Notes: a model not told the origin generated them from the sequence alone. A DNA stretch of 64,000 nt from Chlorokybus atmophyticus (GCA_009103225.1 RHPI01001442.1:1-64000), one strand, 5' to 3'; numbered from the stretch's first letter, positions 1 through 12,092 are shown. Program-made: numbers and translations.

Positions 1-204
1 TTGTGTCAAGGTCACGGTACAAGGCACCAGCTGTGTCTGTGTACATGACGTATTGGCGACCAGCAATGAAGACTTGAGGCTTCTTTTTGTAGATATGCAC
101 AAATACTTGCTTCACAGCAATGTAACTGTGGTCGTCTGTTACAACGTTATCAAAGCCTAGAGGCGACTCTGTTCTGCACAGTAGAACACAAAGCTTGGTA
201 GCAG

Positions 205-3200
205 TCAGACAGCAAGCACAACAGCACGTGTGAGGACAACAATAGCAAGCAATCTAACCTGNCCTAACCTATGAATCTCCCCATTAAGCAGCACAGCCTT
301 GTAGTGGTAAGCCGTATTCTGCACGAGATGCCTAGCATCTGCTCTGATGTGCCTGCTGACCATCTCAAACCGCTCTGAGCTTAGTGGTGTGGGTTGACCT
401 GGCAGCTGGCCAATAAGTATGCCTCGAGCAAGAATGTCTTGTGACTCAGACCGGTGTGGACACGTCTCAGCCTTCTTCCAGAGTTCCAAAGCCTTGCTTT
501 GACTGGGTGCTTCGTACCAGAAACCTCCAACACCGCTGGACACGCGATGGGACCGCAACTGCAGCTGAACGCGTGTTGCAAAGACCATGCCCGTGCGCTG
601 GTCTTCGCGCAAGACAGTAAGCAGCCGCTCGTACTACAAGCGTACATGTCGATGTATGTAGATGAACTCATACTCTTTGTTGTTGGTGCTGGTCTCCAAG
701 TGATCTGAGACAGCGCGCTCGAAGACGTAGCACCAGTACACATCATGGCTGCCGTGGCGGAAGATATTGTCCAGCAGATGACCTGCTCCAGCAGCATGCT
801 CTAGAGGTCTCAAGTTGTGGCCAAAGCATTCTTCTGAGTTGATACGCCAGTAACGCAGTAAGCTGTCTGCCAGTCTGAGGGTGTCTTCGGTCCAGCCATT
901 GAAGCGGGAGTGGCGATAGAACAGGCAGATGAGCTTGTGTAAGGACATGAAGATGTCGCGCATGTGCGACAAGTCAGCAAGCCCGTTGTCACGTAAGGTG
1001 CAAAGTCCTGCATAAACTTCTTGTAGTCTTCTGCCTTCCACGAGCCCAGCCTGTCTGTAATCCCCTTTGGAGAGCGCCCGGATCGCATTTCCTTGATCAA
1101 GGCTGCAGTGAAGTCCTTAAGCCTGGCCTCCACCAAGGGAACATCCACCACCCTTTCGTGCGCTCCCTTTGCAAAAACTGCATGGCAGAGGCCCTTCACT
1201 AGACCTTCACACAAGGTGTGCATGACGTCGTACACCACGTCCTTGAGTGGGCTGAAGCCATAGGCATGGTAGAGGCGCCACAGTTGGCTCCTGCCTGTGA
1301 CACCTGTCTCCATGCTGACTTGTGTTCCAATAGCAGGGGTAGCAGCAGTCTCCAGCTTATCAATGTTGGTCAGAGTCTCCTGTTCTTCTCTCTCGGGCCA
1401 TGGATGTCTTGAGTGCATGAAGTTCTGATCGTAGCGGTAGACCTTCTTCTGGTAGGTGTTGAGCTCCACTGCTTGGGAGTTGCTAGGACCAGCTGGACCA
1501 TTGCTGGTTGATGCAGCAGCACGCTTCTTGCTGGCAGGTTGCTTCTTCTTCTTCTTCTTCTTCTCAGCCGCCTGCTTCTTATTCCTGCTAGCAGACTTTG
1601 CCTGGCTGCTGGACTTGGAAACAGCCTTCTTGCAAGCAGACACCTGCTCGTCGTCGGACTCTGGAGCAGCCTTGCGCTTTACAGGCCTTTGGGCTTCTTC
1701 CATGTAGGGCTGGGCCTTACACCAGCATCTGCGGCAGCCCAAGATGCCACCATCTTTCATCTTCAGTATCTGACACTGGGCTGGGTGATCACCAGCCCAG
1801 ATGAGCAGCATCGCACGCAAGCGCGTGGTAGCACCGGCTGCTTGAGAGTGCAGGTCAGGGCAAACTTCAGAGGTGGGGAGGGCATAATTGCAGGTGAAGC
1901 CCTCAAGCAGCAGTGATTCGAGCTCGTCTATAAGTGGCTTCAGAAAGGGGTCCATGTTGTCAACCCCCTTGGGAAGCTGATCTTTGGGCACAAAACCCAC
2001 AGGAAGAAGCGAAGACGTCTGCGCGCTCAACAACTTGCCTCCGTTCAAGATGGCCACGTTGATCATCAGCGTGTTGCGGGGGCTGGTGCTGGCTGTGGTG
2101 AAGCCGTCCCAGTGGCCAATGAAGATGAGGTTCCTCGGGTCACCGCAGGCCATATGCTTGAAAGGACAGGTGACCTGCTCGCAGGTGCGACACCGAAACC
2201 TCCACTGCGGCCCATCATCACTGTCGCCTTCAGTGAAGTGGTGGCCTGGTCTGTGAACTGTCTGGCAGTGCTCGCATCTGACTGGCAGCCAGTAGGTCTT
2301 CTTGGGGTTGAAGAAGTCGGAGATCTCCCTCATACGAGCTCCATCCCAGACTTCATGTTGACTGGCAGGAGGTATTGCTGGATCTTTGTCAAGCCACCGC
2401 TCCCGGTGCAGCCAGGCCTGGAGCCATTGATGACAGATGGTTGGCACGCCCAACATAAGCTGCAACCTTGACCTGAGAGGGAGGTAGTAGAAACTCGTGC
2501 CTTCCTTGCGTTTCTGACTGCAGTCTGGGCACTGTTCTTTTGCCATGGCCTTGCGCTCCTTCTCGCGCTGCCGGTAGCTGGAGCGCACCGAGTCTTCGTC
2601 TTGCACAACGAGCTCAGCATTTGGATAGGGCTTGTCGAACAGGTGGCCGCAGGCACAGACAGAATAATGCAGTGTTGAAGGCATCCCCATGCGCTCAAAC
2701 ATGCCAATCAGGCTCTTGCAAGTAGTTGGCAGCTTGAAGCCTTCGCTCTTCTCATCGAACAATCCCTTCTTAGCCAAAGCCATCAGGGAGCTTTCGCCTT
2801 TAAAGAGGACAGGGAGCAGTTTGTTGAAGCAGTCCTGCGAGACTCCAGCTTCGTCTAGGATGGATGAGATCTCGATTATCTTGTCCAGGTAAGTTGTAGA
2901 CGTCTGCTGCAGATCAGGCAACTTGTCTGCATCAAAGCTGTCCAAAGTGGGTTGCACAGTGGGAATGCTCCTCAGCCGTCTGGCCGCCTCGTCTTTGGCT
3001 AAGTGCGCATCGATGACCAAGCGCGGCTGCATGATCTGCGACACAGTAAGGGTGTAAGCAACGTGCATGCATGGTCACTTGTTCATCAGCGCAGGCCAAG
3101 CGAAGCAACTTACCAAGCCTTTGCACTTGGAGCAGAGGCAAAGGTCGCGACTGAAGGTTGGAGGCTGCTCAGGCTCAGGCTCTTGGTTGCCAGAATGATC

Positions 3201-3596
3201 GGATTGCTCGGCGGCTCCAAAGTCCGGCGTCTCTTGAGAAGATTGTTCTGCTGTCTGCTGGTTGGACAGGTGTGGTTGATCTTCAGGCGCAGGCTCGGGC
3301 TCCAAGGCAGACGCAGGTGCAGGTTCGGGCTCCAAGGCAGACGCAGGTGCAGGCTCAAGCTCCAAGGCAGACGCAGGTGCAGGCAGCTGCAAATCACCTC
3401 CTCCTCCAGTGAGGTGCGGGCTGATGTTTGTTGGACGCGCTTGCTGGGCGGCCCTCATCTCTTTAAGCAGTGACCGTTTAGCACGTACACTGGCTTTGCG
3501 TGGCTTCCCACCAGCATGCTTGATTAGTGCAAGCGTTTCATCAAACTGCTCACGCTCGCGCAGAACAGCAGACTGTTGAACAATGCGTCCTGTCAT
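205..3596 (-). pseudogene. CACTA/EnSpm transposase pseudogene
   Basis: Exon 3596-~3114 splices in phase 0 (ttg|gtaag ... tcgcag|atc) to the long ORF. Motifs: FYYLPLRSRLQ, VWDG, RNLIFIGHWDGF, LKPLIDEL, GDHPAQC, GCRRC, YDVMHT, YWCYVFER. A frameshift near 985 (continues in ORF 634-1041) and an in-frame TAG at 634-636 (continues in ORF 205-612) disrupt it. Confidence 0.85.
3291..3384. repeat. 30-bp tandem repeat x3 in transposase exon 1 (EPEPAPASAL-type units)
   Basis: aggctcgggctccaaggcagacgcaggtgc and two near-identical copies read directly. Confidence 0.95.
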
Positions 3597-4988
3597 GGCT
3601 GCAGATGATAGCGTGTAAGTCGGACTTGAATACTGCTAACAGTGACAGCATATGACGGACAACTTGGGGGCTAATAATTGGCAGCAGCGGTCACTGATAT
3701 CTTGGATTTAGCAAACGAAAACGGAGCAACTACAAGCATTCACCTTGAACAAGTGAGATTGAATGCAAGACGCCCAGCAGCAAGCTAACAGACTGTAAGG
3801 GAGACACTCTCGACCAAGCCTCACTGACAGAGCAAACCAAGCAACAATAACAAGCTAGCATAGGCCTTACCAGCAAGAGCTCGTGAGCAGAAATAACTCC
3901 TTCTCCCCAGCAGCTTGTCAGCAGCTCCGCTCCGCAGCAGCAGCAATAGCTCCGCTCCGCAGCAGCAGCTCAGTTCACCGTCCTCGAGAACCCAAGAATC
4001 CAGACAGCTTCATCCAACCTGCCGCAGCTCAGCTCCAGCTCCAGCTGATGTGCAATTTTTGCCAGATCTGCTTCTTGGTAGAAGCAGCTTCTTCTCATAA
4101 GCAGCTCAGCAGCAGCAGCAGCAGTAGCTCACGCCACTGGCTTCTCCAAGTAAACCAGCAGCAGCAGCTCGCGCCGCCGCCTCCTTCTCTTCCTCCAAGC
4201 ATGCAGCTCAGCATCCGCTCCGACCCAGCTCAGCTCAGCTCCAAGGCTGCTGGTCGGTACGAGGGTGTTGTGCCGTTCTCGGCACAAGCCATTGATGTAA
4301 TCCGCTGCCGGTCACAGCGCAGGAGGAGAGAAGGCTGCTGCTTTGCTACGGTACAAGTCTACTGTGCCGCTCTCGGCATAAGTTTTCTGCACCGGTAGCG
4401 GCACAATGATTGACGAACCGTTAACGGATCGCTAGTCTCGTGCCGTGATCGGGATGTGGAACCTTGTACCGATCACGGCACCAGCTCTGTTGTGCCGACT
4501 TCAGCTTGGACTGTCTTGTGCCGTCAATGGCACAAGGGAGCAAAGGCGCCGACGCCGGCACAAGACTGCAGTCTGCGTACCGACCGCGGACGGCTTTTTT
4601 TACCAGGAAGTCCCGACGGCACAGCCTGGTTGTGCCGTCTGCGCCGAAGAAGTTAACTGCTTGTGCCGTGAACGGCACGCACTGCAGGCGCCATGTGACA
4701 TACTCTCACCACTGCCCGTACATTGTATATATTGTGCGCTTTTAGGTGCAAGACCAAACAATCAGTCGAAGGTTTGTACAAGCTGCATGGCATGTTAGTG
4801 TTGGCTTACGGCAAGAATTGCCAACTTTTGTCAAACGGCAAGGGTCACATATTAACAGCAGTGTAACGGCAAAGAAACTGCCGGCTATTGCTGTCAGCTG
4901 TCCGTAACTACCGGCTAACGGCCGTCTGTGCACATCGACCAAAGGGTAACTGGTTGACGACTCTCAGTGTCACAGCCCACTCGACCAC

Positions 4989-5089
4989 AAATGTAACGGG
5001 AAGGTACATTAAATTACCACTCGACCACAAAAGACTTGATGCTTTTATGGTCGATTTGTGGTAATTTTATGTACCTTCCCGTTACATTT
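4989..5089. repeat. 101-bp fold-back inverted repeat
   Basis: 32-nt arms aaatgtaacgggaaggtacattaaattaccac (4989-5020) and gtggtaattttatgtaccttcccgttacattt (5058-5089) with 1 mismatch. Inner stem tcgacca...tggtcga. Confidence 0.9.
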
Positions 5090-5421
5090 CCCCCCACTTA
5101 AGAACGCTGACGTCCTCGGCAGCTGGCGCTCTCATCAGCTGGGGAATTTTCTTCCCAGGGGTCTGATTTAGGGTCGGTCACCGGCCCCACCACCCAAGGA
5201 CCGGCCAATTTAGGCCCATACCGGTCAACGCGCGCATAGCGCTCCGCTGCCGGCCCCACAGGTCGCGTCGCCGCGATAGGCAGGTCGCGCCCTGCCGCGC
5301 CGATTGAACTGGTCAGTTCGGCGCGACTGCCATTAGGCAAGTCGCGACCCATCGATGATGGCACTCATAAAGTGACCATGTACGATGTTATTGGATCGAG
5401 AAACAACGACCGCGGAATTCG

Positions 5422-5489
5422 TGTGCAAGGCAGGAATCGAACCCGGGTCTCAAGCTCCGATGACCAATGTCACAGCCCACTCGACCACA
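5422..5489 (-). ncRNA. tRNA-derived Pol III cassette (SINE head or tRNA pseudogene), not a functional tRNA
   Basis: Minus-strand A box TGGTCGAGTGG (5487-5477) and B box GGTTCGATTCC (5443-5433), 33 nt apart. D stem gtc/gac and T arm present. Acceptor and anticodon stems do not pair. Confidence 0.6.
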
Positions 5490-7743
5490 AAAGACTTGAT
5501 GCTTTTATGGTCGATTTGTGGTACTCTAATGNCTGTACCTTCCCGTTACACTCGGCCGGTTAGTGCCACTGACAACCACTTTCGGCCCGCGGCCGTCTGC
5601 GTTAGTCCACTTAAGCCAACGGCAAACCCAACAGTCCAAAAGTAATATTTCAGGCAGCGACAGGCAAGCTCAGGCAGGCTCAGGCACCAGTCAGTCCCTC
5701 AGTCCTTAGTCAGTCACCGCGTAAAATTTGCGATGTACTTACTTGTTGGAACCAAGTGAATAGTGCTTGCTTTAGGCGCTCATAGCATGCACTGCGCTCT
5801 GTCATTTTTGCTGCTGCATGCTTATCTGCCTTGTCCACTCCCAACCATTTCTTTTTGCTTTAAAGAATGACGGACAATTTGTTGCGCTTGATTGTTTTCT
5901 TCAACTTGTTGGTGGCTTCTTGTGCCAGCCTATCCTGAGAGTAGTCCGAGTGCTTATCTGCTTTTTCTCTAGATGCACACGCTTGCGATCTGCCATCTGC
6001 ATGAGCACGTACGTTTATGCGCTTGCATGTAATGTCTTTGTGCACCTGCATTCATGTGGTTGTATGCAGTACGCTGGACTACACACGAGTGCAAGCATTG
6101 CACTATTATAACCAATCCATTTCACGCAATCATACAGCAATATGCACATGCTGTGTGCGTAGGTTGCCATACTTGACAGTCATGCAAGTGATAGGCAGAC
6201 GCTCTGCACAATCACAAACAAAGTACGTGATACGATGCGCTGTTGTGAAGGTCGACACGTTTGTAAACAAACCCAAGTACCTACTCAATAGCATTCAACT
6301 ACATGCATGCATTGCTGCTGACGCGCAGCAACTGCAGCAGGACATATGTGAACGTGCAAAAACACACCTTGTACTATTGCCGCCACCTTGATGTGCGGCT
6401 ACTTGGATCGATACGTTGCGCCAACCACTAATGACATAGAGTCAGCAACGCTACTGACGCCGCTGCGGCGGCCGCCGCCGCCGCTGCTGCGGCTTTAACG
6501 CCAGAACTGCTTGCTGTCAGTCTACCCTAATCAATGGATTGTATAATGTCTGCCCTTTTATAATGACGTTTGCTACTAGCACTCGTTGTCCTTATAAAGA
6601 GTGATAGTCATTATTAGGGGGCGACATCGCCCCATGTAAATTGGTTATGCGAGAAAATGTCACTACTGCGAGGGTGTCATTGAAACGAGTGTGATTACAG
6701 CGAGGGTAGACTGCAAAGAGACAGTCGCTCTCAGTCTCAGATATCGACATGGCTACAGTCCCATAGGTCCCCTAGTCCAAGCACGACAAAACGCAGACAA
6801 AAGAGTTTATAGGAACCCTCGGGCACCGACTGCACGGTGTCATCTTCCGCTTTTATCTGTATGACGTGGTGGAGGCGAACCCAGGCTCGGGTCACGTGCC
6901 GCGAGCGCTGGGCTTCGTCCTGCTGACTCGATGGCGGTTCCGATTGGCTCAATAGTCGACAGCAGTGTCACAGCACGTGTCCCCAATCCCGAATCGAGCT
7001 CGCACGCCCGCCTCTGCAATCAGCATATGCTGGCGCAGTGGAATCCATTCAGAGGGTTCGCATCATTCGCCGTTGGCGGTTGCGACCCTTTTTGTGAATG
7101 GGCCTGCACAGCCGCCACTTTTCACTCCGCCGTATTTCCCGCGCTTGTCCGTGGAAGCCGCAAGGGACTGCGGCTTCCACCGTGGGTAAGTTACGCCTTG
7201 GCCAGCAGTAACCGTATCCACGTCACTGTTGGGTTGTCGTATCTGGCCACGCGGCTAGTCAGTGGCGGCGCCGCAGCGGTTTGAGTGTGGCAGTGTTGTT
7301 GGCGGCGTCGGTGTTGGCGGCGGCGGCGAAGAAGAAGAAGCAGCAGCAGCAGGTTGGTGGCGGCGGTGTGCTGGAGGAGAGACTGTTCGGGCTGGGTTTG
7401 GACGTGTCTCCACGCGGAGGTTGGGTGCGCGTGTGTTACCAGCGACCATGAGTTGGCCGGCGGGGCGGACTATACCGCGGGTGGCGTCAGCGTTCCCTTG
7501 CGCCTGCGGACGTGCTTGCGGCTGTTGCTGTGGCGGGGTGTTTGGGGAGCCTGTGGGGGGACAGCTGGCGTAGGCCACCTCCCCCCTCAGGCTTGCGCTC
7601 CTAGTCTGCTCGTGTGTGTGTGAGCCCCTTCTTTCAAAGGGTTCCAAGCAACGTCTATTTTTACGCTAGAACATCCAGCGTTTGTACATTCTCTAGCTAG
7701 GGTTTGGTGTTGTATTACACCCTCACCGTAGTAAGCAGCGAAG

Positions 7744-9752
7744 ATGGGGAAGCAGCAGCTTGGCCGTCACAAGAACATGCTGTGTGAGGCAGTGCGCACC
7801 TCGCTGAAGGCAGGCACAGCCTCCTCCAGCTCCTCGTCCCTTACCAGCCTTGGGGACTGCGCTGGCGAGGAGTTTGAGTTCGATGAGCTCTTCACTGGAC
7901 AGTCGCCTCCAGGGAGTCCCAAGGCTTCGCGCTTCAGGCCAGCAGGGGATATGCCTGATGGTCACCTTGAGGTGAGCGCCAAACAAAACTCCACATAGCT
8001 TAAAACCTACCATACCTACCAAGGGCTACTACGTCTTGTAAACTCGGACTGGCTTGTTGTGACTGCCGCCAAGTGCACAGCGTTCAGTGCCACATCTGCA
8101 AGAGCGTTGTGTCACTGTTCTAACCACAACAATCTGTCGTGCTCATGTGTTGCGCTGTGCACTTGGCGCTGTGCACACATAAGCATAACAGAAACAGTTG
8201 TGCTTCTCATTTATGGCTACATTCTACGTCGCTCGCAAAACATTAGCAACCGTTGCTCTTGCTGTTGTACGCGTATTTGCTTCTGTAGACTGCTGTGCAA
8301 ATGAACCCGCAACACAAGCATACTGTAGCTGACAGTTATCTTCACTTGCCAGGAGCAACTGTTGGAAGTGGAGCAGCAATGCAGCTACAAGGAGCACTCT
8401 AGTGTTCTATACCCAGAACGGATCACACGCAATGCACATTCGCTTCTCGGGCCAACACCCGCACCTGCCGCATTTTCGCTTGAGCAGCTGCGGTCCCTGA
8501 AGGACCCTCAGCCCGAAGACGACAGTGACGATGGGCGTGACGTAGAGGTCTCTGCCGTCATAGCTGGCGTGGACAGGGAGGTTCCTGCGGGAAGCAAAAT
8601 GGGGCCTGGAGATTTTGAGCTGCTGCGGGTTGTAGGCAAAGGCGCGTTTGGCAAGGTCTTCCAGGTGGTCAAGAAGGATGACGGCCAAGTTCTGGCCATG
8701 AAGGTGAGCATGCCAGCTGTGTCTGTTATGTTTGCTTCTGTCACTCTGTTGTTCACCATTTAGTCGCTGTGCCTGTTTCGCTGTCTCAGCCCTCAACACC
8801 TTGTGGTATTGCCCTTTCTCATGTAGTATATGCCATGCAGGTTATGCGAAAGGACCAGATACTAGCCAGGAACCACACTGGTTACATGCGAGCTGAGCGA
8901 GACATCCTGACATCTGTTGAGCATCCCTACATCGTGGCAATGCGCTACTCTTTCCAGACCCCATCCAAGCTGTACTTGTTGCTTGACTTCATTAATGGCG
9001 GCCACTTGTTCTTCCAGCTGTACAAGCAGGGCATCTTCAACGAGGAGCTGACGCGGTTGTACACTGCCGAGATTGTCCTAGCCGTCGCCCACTTGCACAG
9101 CTTGGACATCATTCACCGCGATCTAAAACCCGAGAACATCCTGCTCGACACTGAGGGGCATGTGCGCATAACTGACTTTGGCTTGGCAAAAGCCGAAGTG
9201 ACAGAGATGTCTGCCACAAACTCCCTTTGCGGAACAATGGAGTACATGAGCCCGGAGATTATTCTTGCCAAGGGTCATGGCAAGCCCGCCGACTGGTGGT
9301 CACTGGGCATTTTGATGTGCGAGATGCTCACCGGCAAGCCTCCCTTTTACCACAAGAACAGACAGAAGTTGCAAGATCAGATAGCAAAGCAGAAGCTCAA
9401 GCTGCCCTCCTACCTCTCCCCCGCAGCTCACAACATTCTCAAGTCCCTGCTGAACAAAGACCCCGCCAAGCGGCTAGGAAGCGGCCCCACAGGTGCCGCT
9501 GAGATCATGTCACACCCATTCTTCAAGCCCATCAACTGGAAGCTACTGGGAGCGCGCAAGATCCCGTCTCCATTCAAGCCAGACATTGATGGCGACCGCT
9601 GTACCGCCAACTTTGATGAGACCTGGACCAAGATGCCTGTTGCCGATTCCCCCAGCGAGGCCCCTGCCGGCTTCACAGACCCTCTCGCAGACCCCTTCTT
9701 TGGTTACACTTACATCCGCCCAAATGTGCTGGACACAGTACTTGCTAGTTAG
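7744..9752 (+). CDS. S6K: Ribosomal protein S6 kinase (AGC kinase), 3 coding exons: 7744-7971, 8353-8703, 8841-9752
   Basis: GPGDFELLRVVGKGAFGKVFQV, HRDLKPEN, DFG, activation loop NSLCGTMEYMSPE, hydrophobic motif FFGYTY. All phase-0 GT-AG introns. Confidence 0.93.
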
Positions 9753-10361
9753 GACTCGAGCGACTGGAACAACTTCCGCATTTAATCCCTCTCCCCCGGC
9801 TGGCACTGTGGTTCAACAGCCTTTACTTTCAACACATTAACGCCAGCAACTGGCGACAATTTTGGCTCAGCGAGTTTTGTGTAGCTTACATAGCCTTACA
9901 GACTTCTTCGTTTTTGTACTTGGTTACATGAAGTGTGCACCTTGCGCACAGACATCAGGCTAATGATGATACCCTTACCCTGCTTCAGTTCTGCTTGGAT
10001 TGTATGGCTTTAGTTCTGCTTGCTGTGTTTCTGACTGTGCATGACGGCATAGCCACTGTTGCGACACAAAGGACAATTTTGTTCGCCGTAATGGTGTGAT
10101 TTATTGGAGGGTGTTGAATGAATCGGCAACTTCGCCGTGTGTGCTGCTGCACAAGCTTCATATGCCCTTGACCATAGCTATAAGACACATGGGTGCATAT
10201 TATAAATATAACTGATTAGCAGACATGGCAAGACCAGAGCAAAGGCATGCATGTGGTGTGACAAACCTGGGCAACTAAGAGAATCAGATGCTTAGCATTC
10301 AACGTGCACTGAAATATACAGCATACAAGTGCATAAACAGCTAATTTGCACGATAGCTGAA

Positions 10362-11889
10362 TTAATCACCATAGATACATAGCCTTCCCTTAGCCATCAG
10401 CTTCCTATAGGTGTAGTGCTCCAATGGCATGAAGTGAGCGACAGAAACGGAGTGTCCGCGCTGAAAGTACTTCCCTCCACTCATCCCTGAGAACCCATAC
10501 ATATCGACGCGTGTGCACAGCTCCGACATGATGATGACGAGGGCTGTCTGAAACCCTCCCGAGGGCTTCATTATAGACTTGGGCTTGGCCATGTTATACA
10601 ACTCTATCTTCAGTCCCCCCAGCTCACTTCCCGGTGGACCCCGCGTGACAAAGTACTTGCCGTTGATCTGCTCGGTGTTGTACTCGGGCGTGTGGCGCGG
10701 GAGGTACGCCAGGTCCGCCTTCATGTTGGCCTTCTTGCCGAAAGCCGTGCTGTAATTGGGCTTGACGATGATTACAGATGACTTCCGGCCGACATACTTC
10801 TCGTAACCCTTTATCGGCGTGTTGTAGCGAAACACCGTGTCGTGCGCATCGATCTCCTTACCCCTCGGTGGCTGCAGATCCAGATTGGGCAAATGAGTGT
10901 ACTGTGTGGTCACGCAGGTGCATCTCACTATGCATGCCACATACCAAAGAGCCACACACACACAAATACGCAACCACAAACCAACAATTGCACCCAACCC
11001 ACAGACCTGCCCACACAGGCACACACGCAGGTGCCCAGCCACCCACCCACCCACACGAGCGCGCGCACGCACGCACATACGCATGCATAGATGCGCAAAC
11101 GTCTGCATACAGTAACGCTTGCACACCCTACACGCACATACACGCAGACACGCCCACCCCCACACCAATCTCCACCTCTCACGCCACTGTCGACAACACC
11201 CACTCAACTTCCAACCGTGCACACACGCATGCACACAAGACCAAACACCAAACACCATTCCACCCACCCAGTACCTTGATAACATTCTCGCTGTTCCCCA
11301 CCAGCGCGCACGACCCGAGCGACCCCTTCCCTCCCGGCAGCAAGTGCGTCCTCGCCCACTCGTACACGGCGACCGCATCGATACCACTCACTTCAGCAAA
11401 CCTCAGCGCGGAGGGCGAGCCGGGCCCGAAGCACGTCCTTGACGTGATCGAACACGTTTGATCGAATGAAGCTATTCTATCAATGATGGCGTCCGCACCC
11501 GCCTTTGTAACTTCGCTCTTGAAAGGGTTGGAACTCTTTTTGCCGCCTTGACTTGGATCAAAGGGACACACATTGCGCGGGAGAGAGAAGGGAGAGTCTG
11601 ATGTTGTTGTGGAGGTTGCTGTTGGTAGGGTGAGGATGTCCTCCTCCTGGGTCTTTCTCCTGGGGTTGTTGTCCTTCTCCTCCTCCTTTTCCTCCTCAAT
11701 CTTGTCGTTGTTGTCGTTGGCAGTGTCGTCGGTGGTCTGTAGGGCGACGTGGCCGCCGCCGAAGCCGGCGCCAACCACGCCGCCGCCGCCGTTCCTGCCG
11801 GCGGCGCCGTAGTCGATGCTCGCAACGGCCAAGTCACGGAGGAGACGGCCGTGGGCACCAAGCTGGTGGAAGGCCGGGGCTGCGGGTAT

Positions 11890-11958
<69 letters not shown>

Positions 11959-12092
11959 GCCAGTTGTGATTGCTAGAATGATGGTAAGTGTTGTTGATTA
12001 CCTGCAAGTGATCGCCATTGGAAGGCTGCTCCGACGCATCCGAGCACAGCCGCCGCCGCCAGCAGCCTCCAGACCAGGCCTGTCTGCGCCAT
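10362..12092 (-). CDS. GT29 sialyltransferase-like Golgi glycosyltransferase, 3 exons (12092-12002, ~11880-11274, ~10874-10362)
   Basis: N-terminal anchor MAQTGLVWRLLAAAAVLGCVGAAF. Sialylmotif L (SCALVGNSENVIK|PPRGKEIDAHDTVFRYN), motif S (PSGGFQTAL...LCTRVDMYGF) and VS-like HFMPLEH. Confidence 0.88.
11891..11954. repeat. Compound (GT)n(GA)n microsatellite in GT29 intron 1
   Basis: Read directly. Confidence 0.98.

Larger units (their letters stand above)
1..4969 (-). mobile_element. CACTA/EnSpm (CMC) DNA transposon, decayed; other end lies upstream of the window
   Basis: Transposase_21-like ORF on the minus strand. Dense subterminal repeats TTGTGCCG/CGGCACAA in both orientations (~4265-4690) and AACGGCA (~4800-4925). 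Candidate terminus ...ctctCAGTG at 4961-4969 (reverse complement starts CACTG). Confidence 0.75.

Noticed and set aside
4414-4436. Helitron 3' end (palindrome ccgttaacgg + CTAG|T)
   Set aside because: The hairpin abuts CTAG without the usual spacer and lies within the CACTA subterminal array. No Rep/helicase sequence is present.
5095-5165. Hammerhead ribozyme (minus-strand CTGATGA followed by a possible stem II)
   Set aside because: The stem is followed by TTAAG rather than GAAA, and stems I and III with a cleavage triplet could not be built.
5422-5495. Functional tRNA gene
   Set aside because: The 5' flank (tcttttg) cannot pair with the 3' acceptor strand (ccttgca) and no anticodon stem forms. 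Kept only as a tRNA-derived cassette.
5860-6051. Coding-like minus-strand fragment (SQDRLAQEATNKLKKTIKRNK)
   Set aside because: Interrupted by stops with no recognisable motif, so it cannot be assigned.
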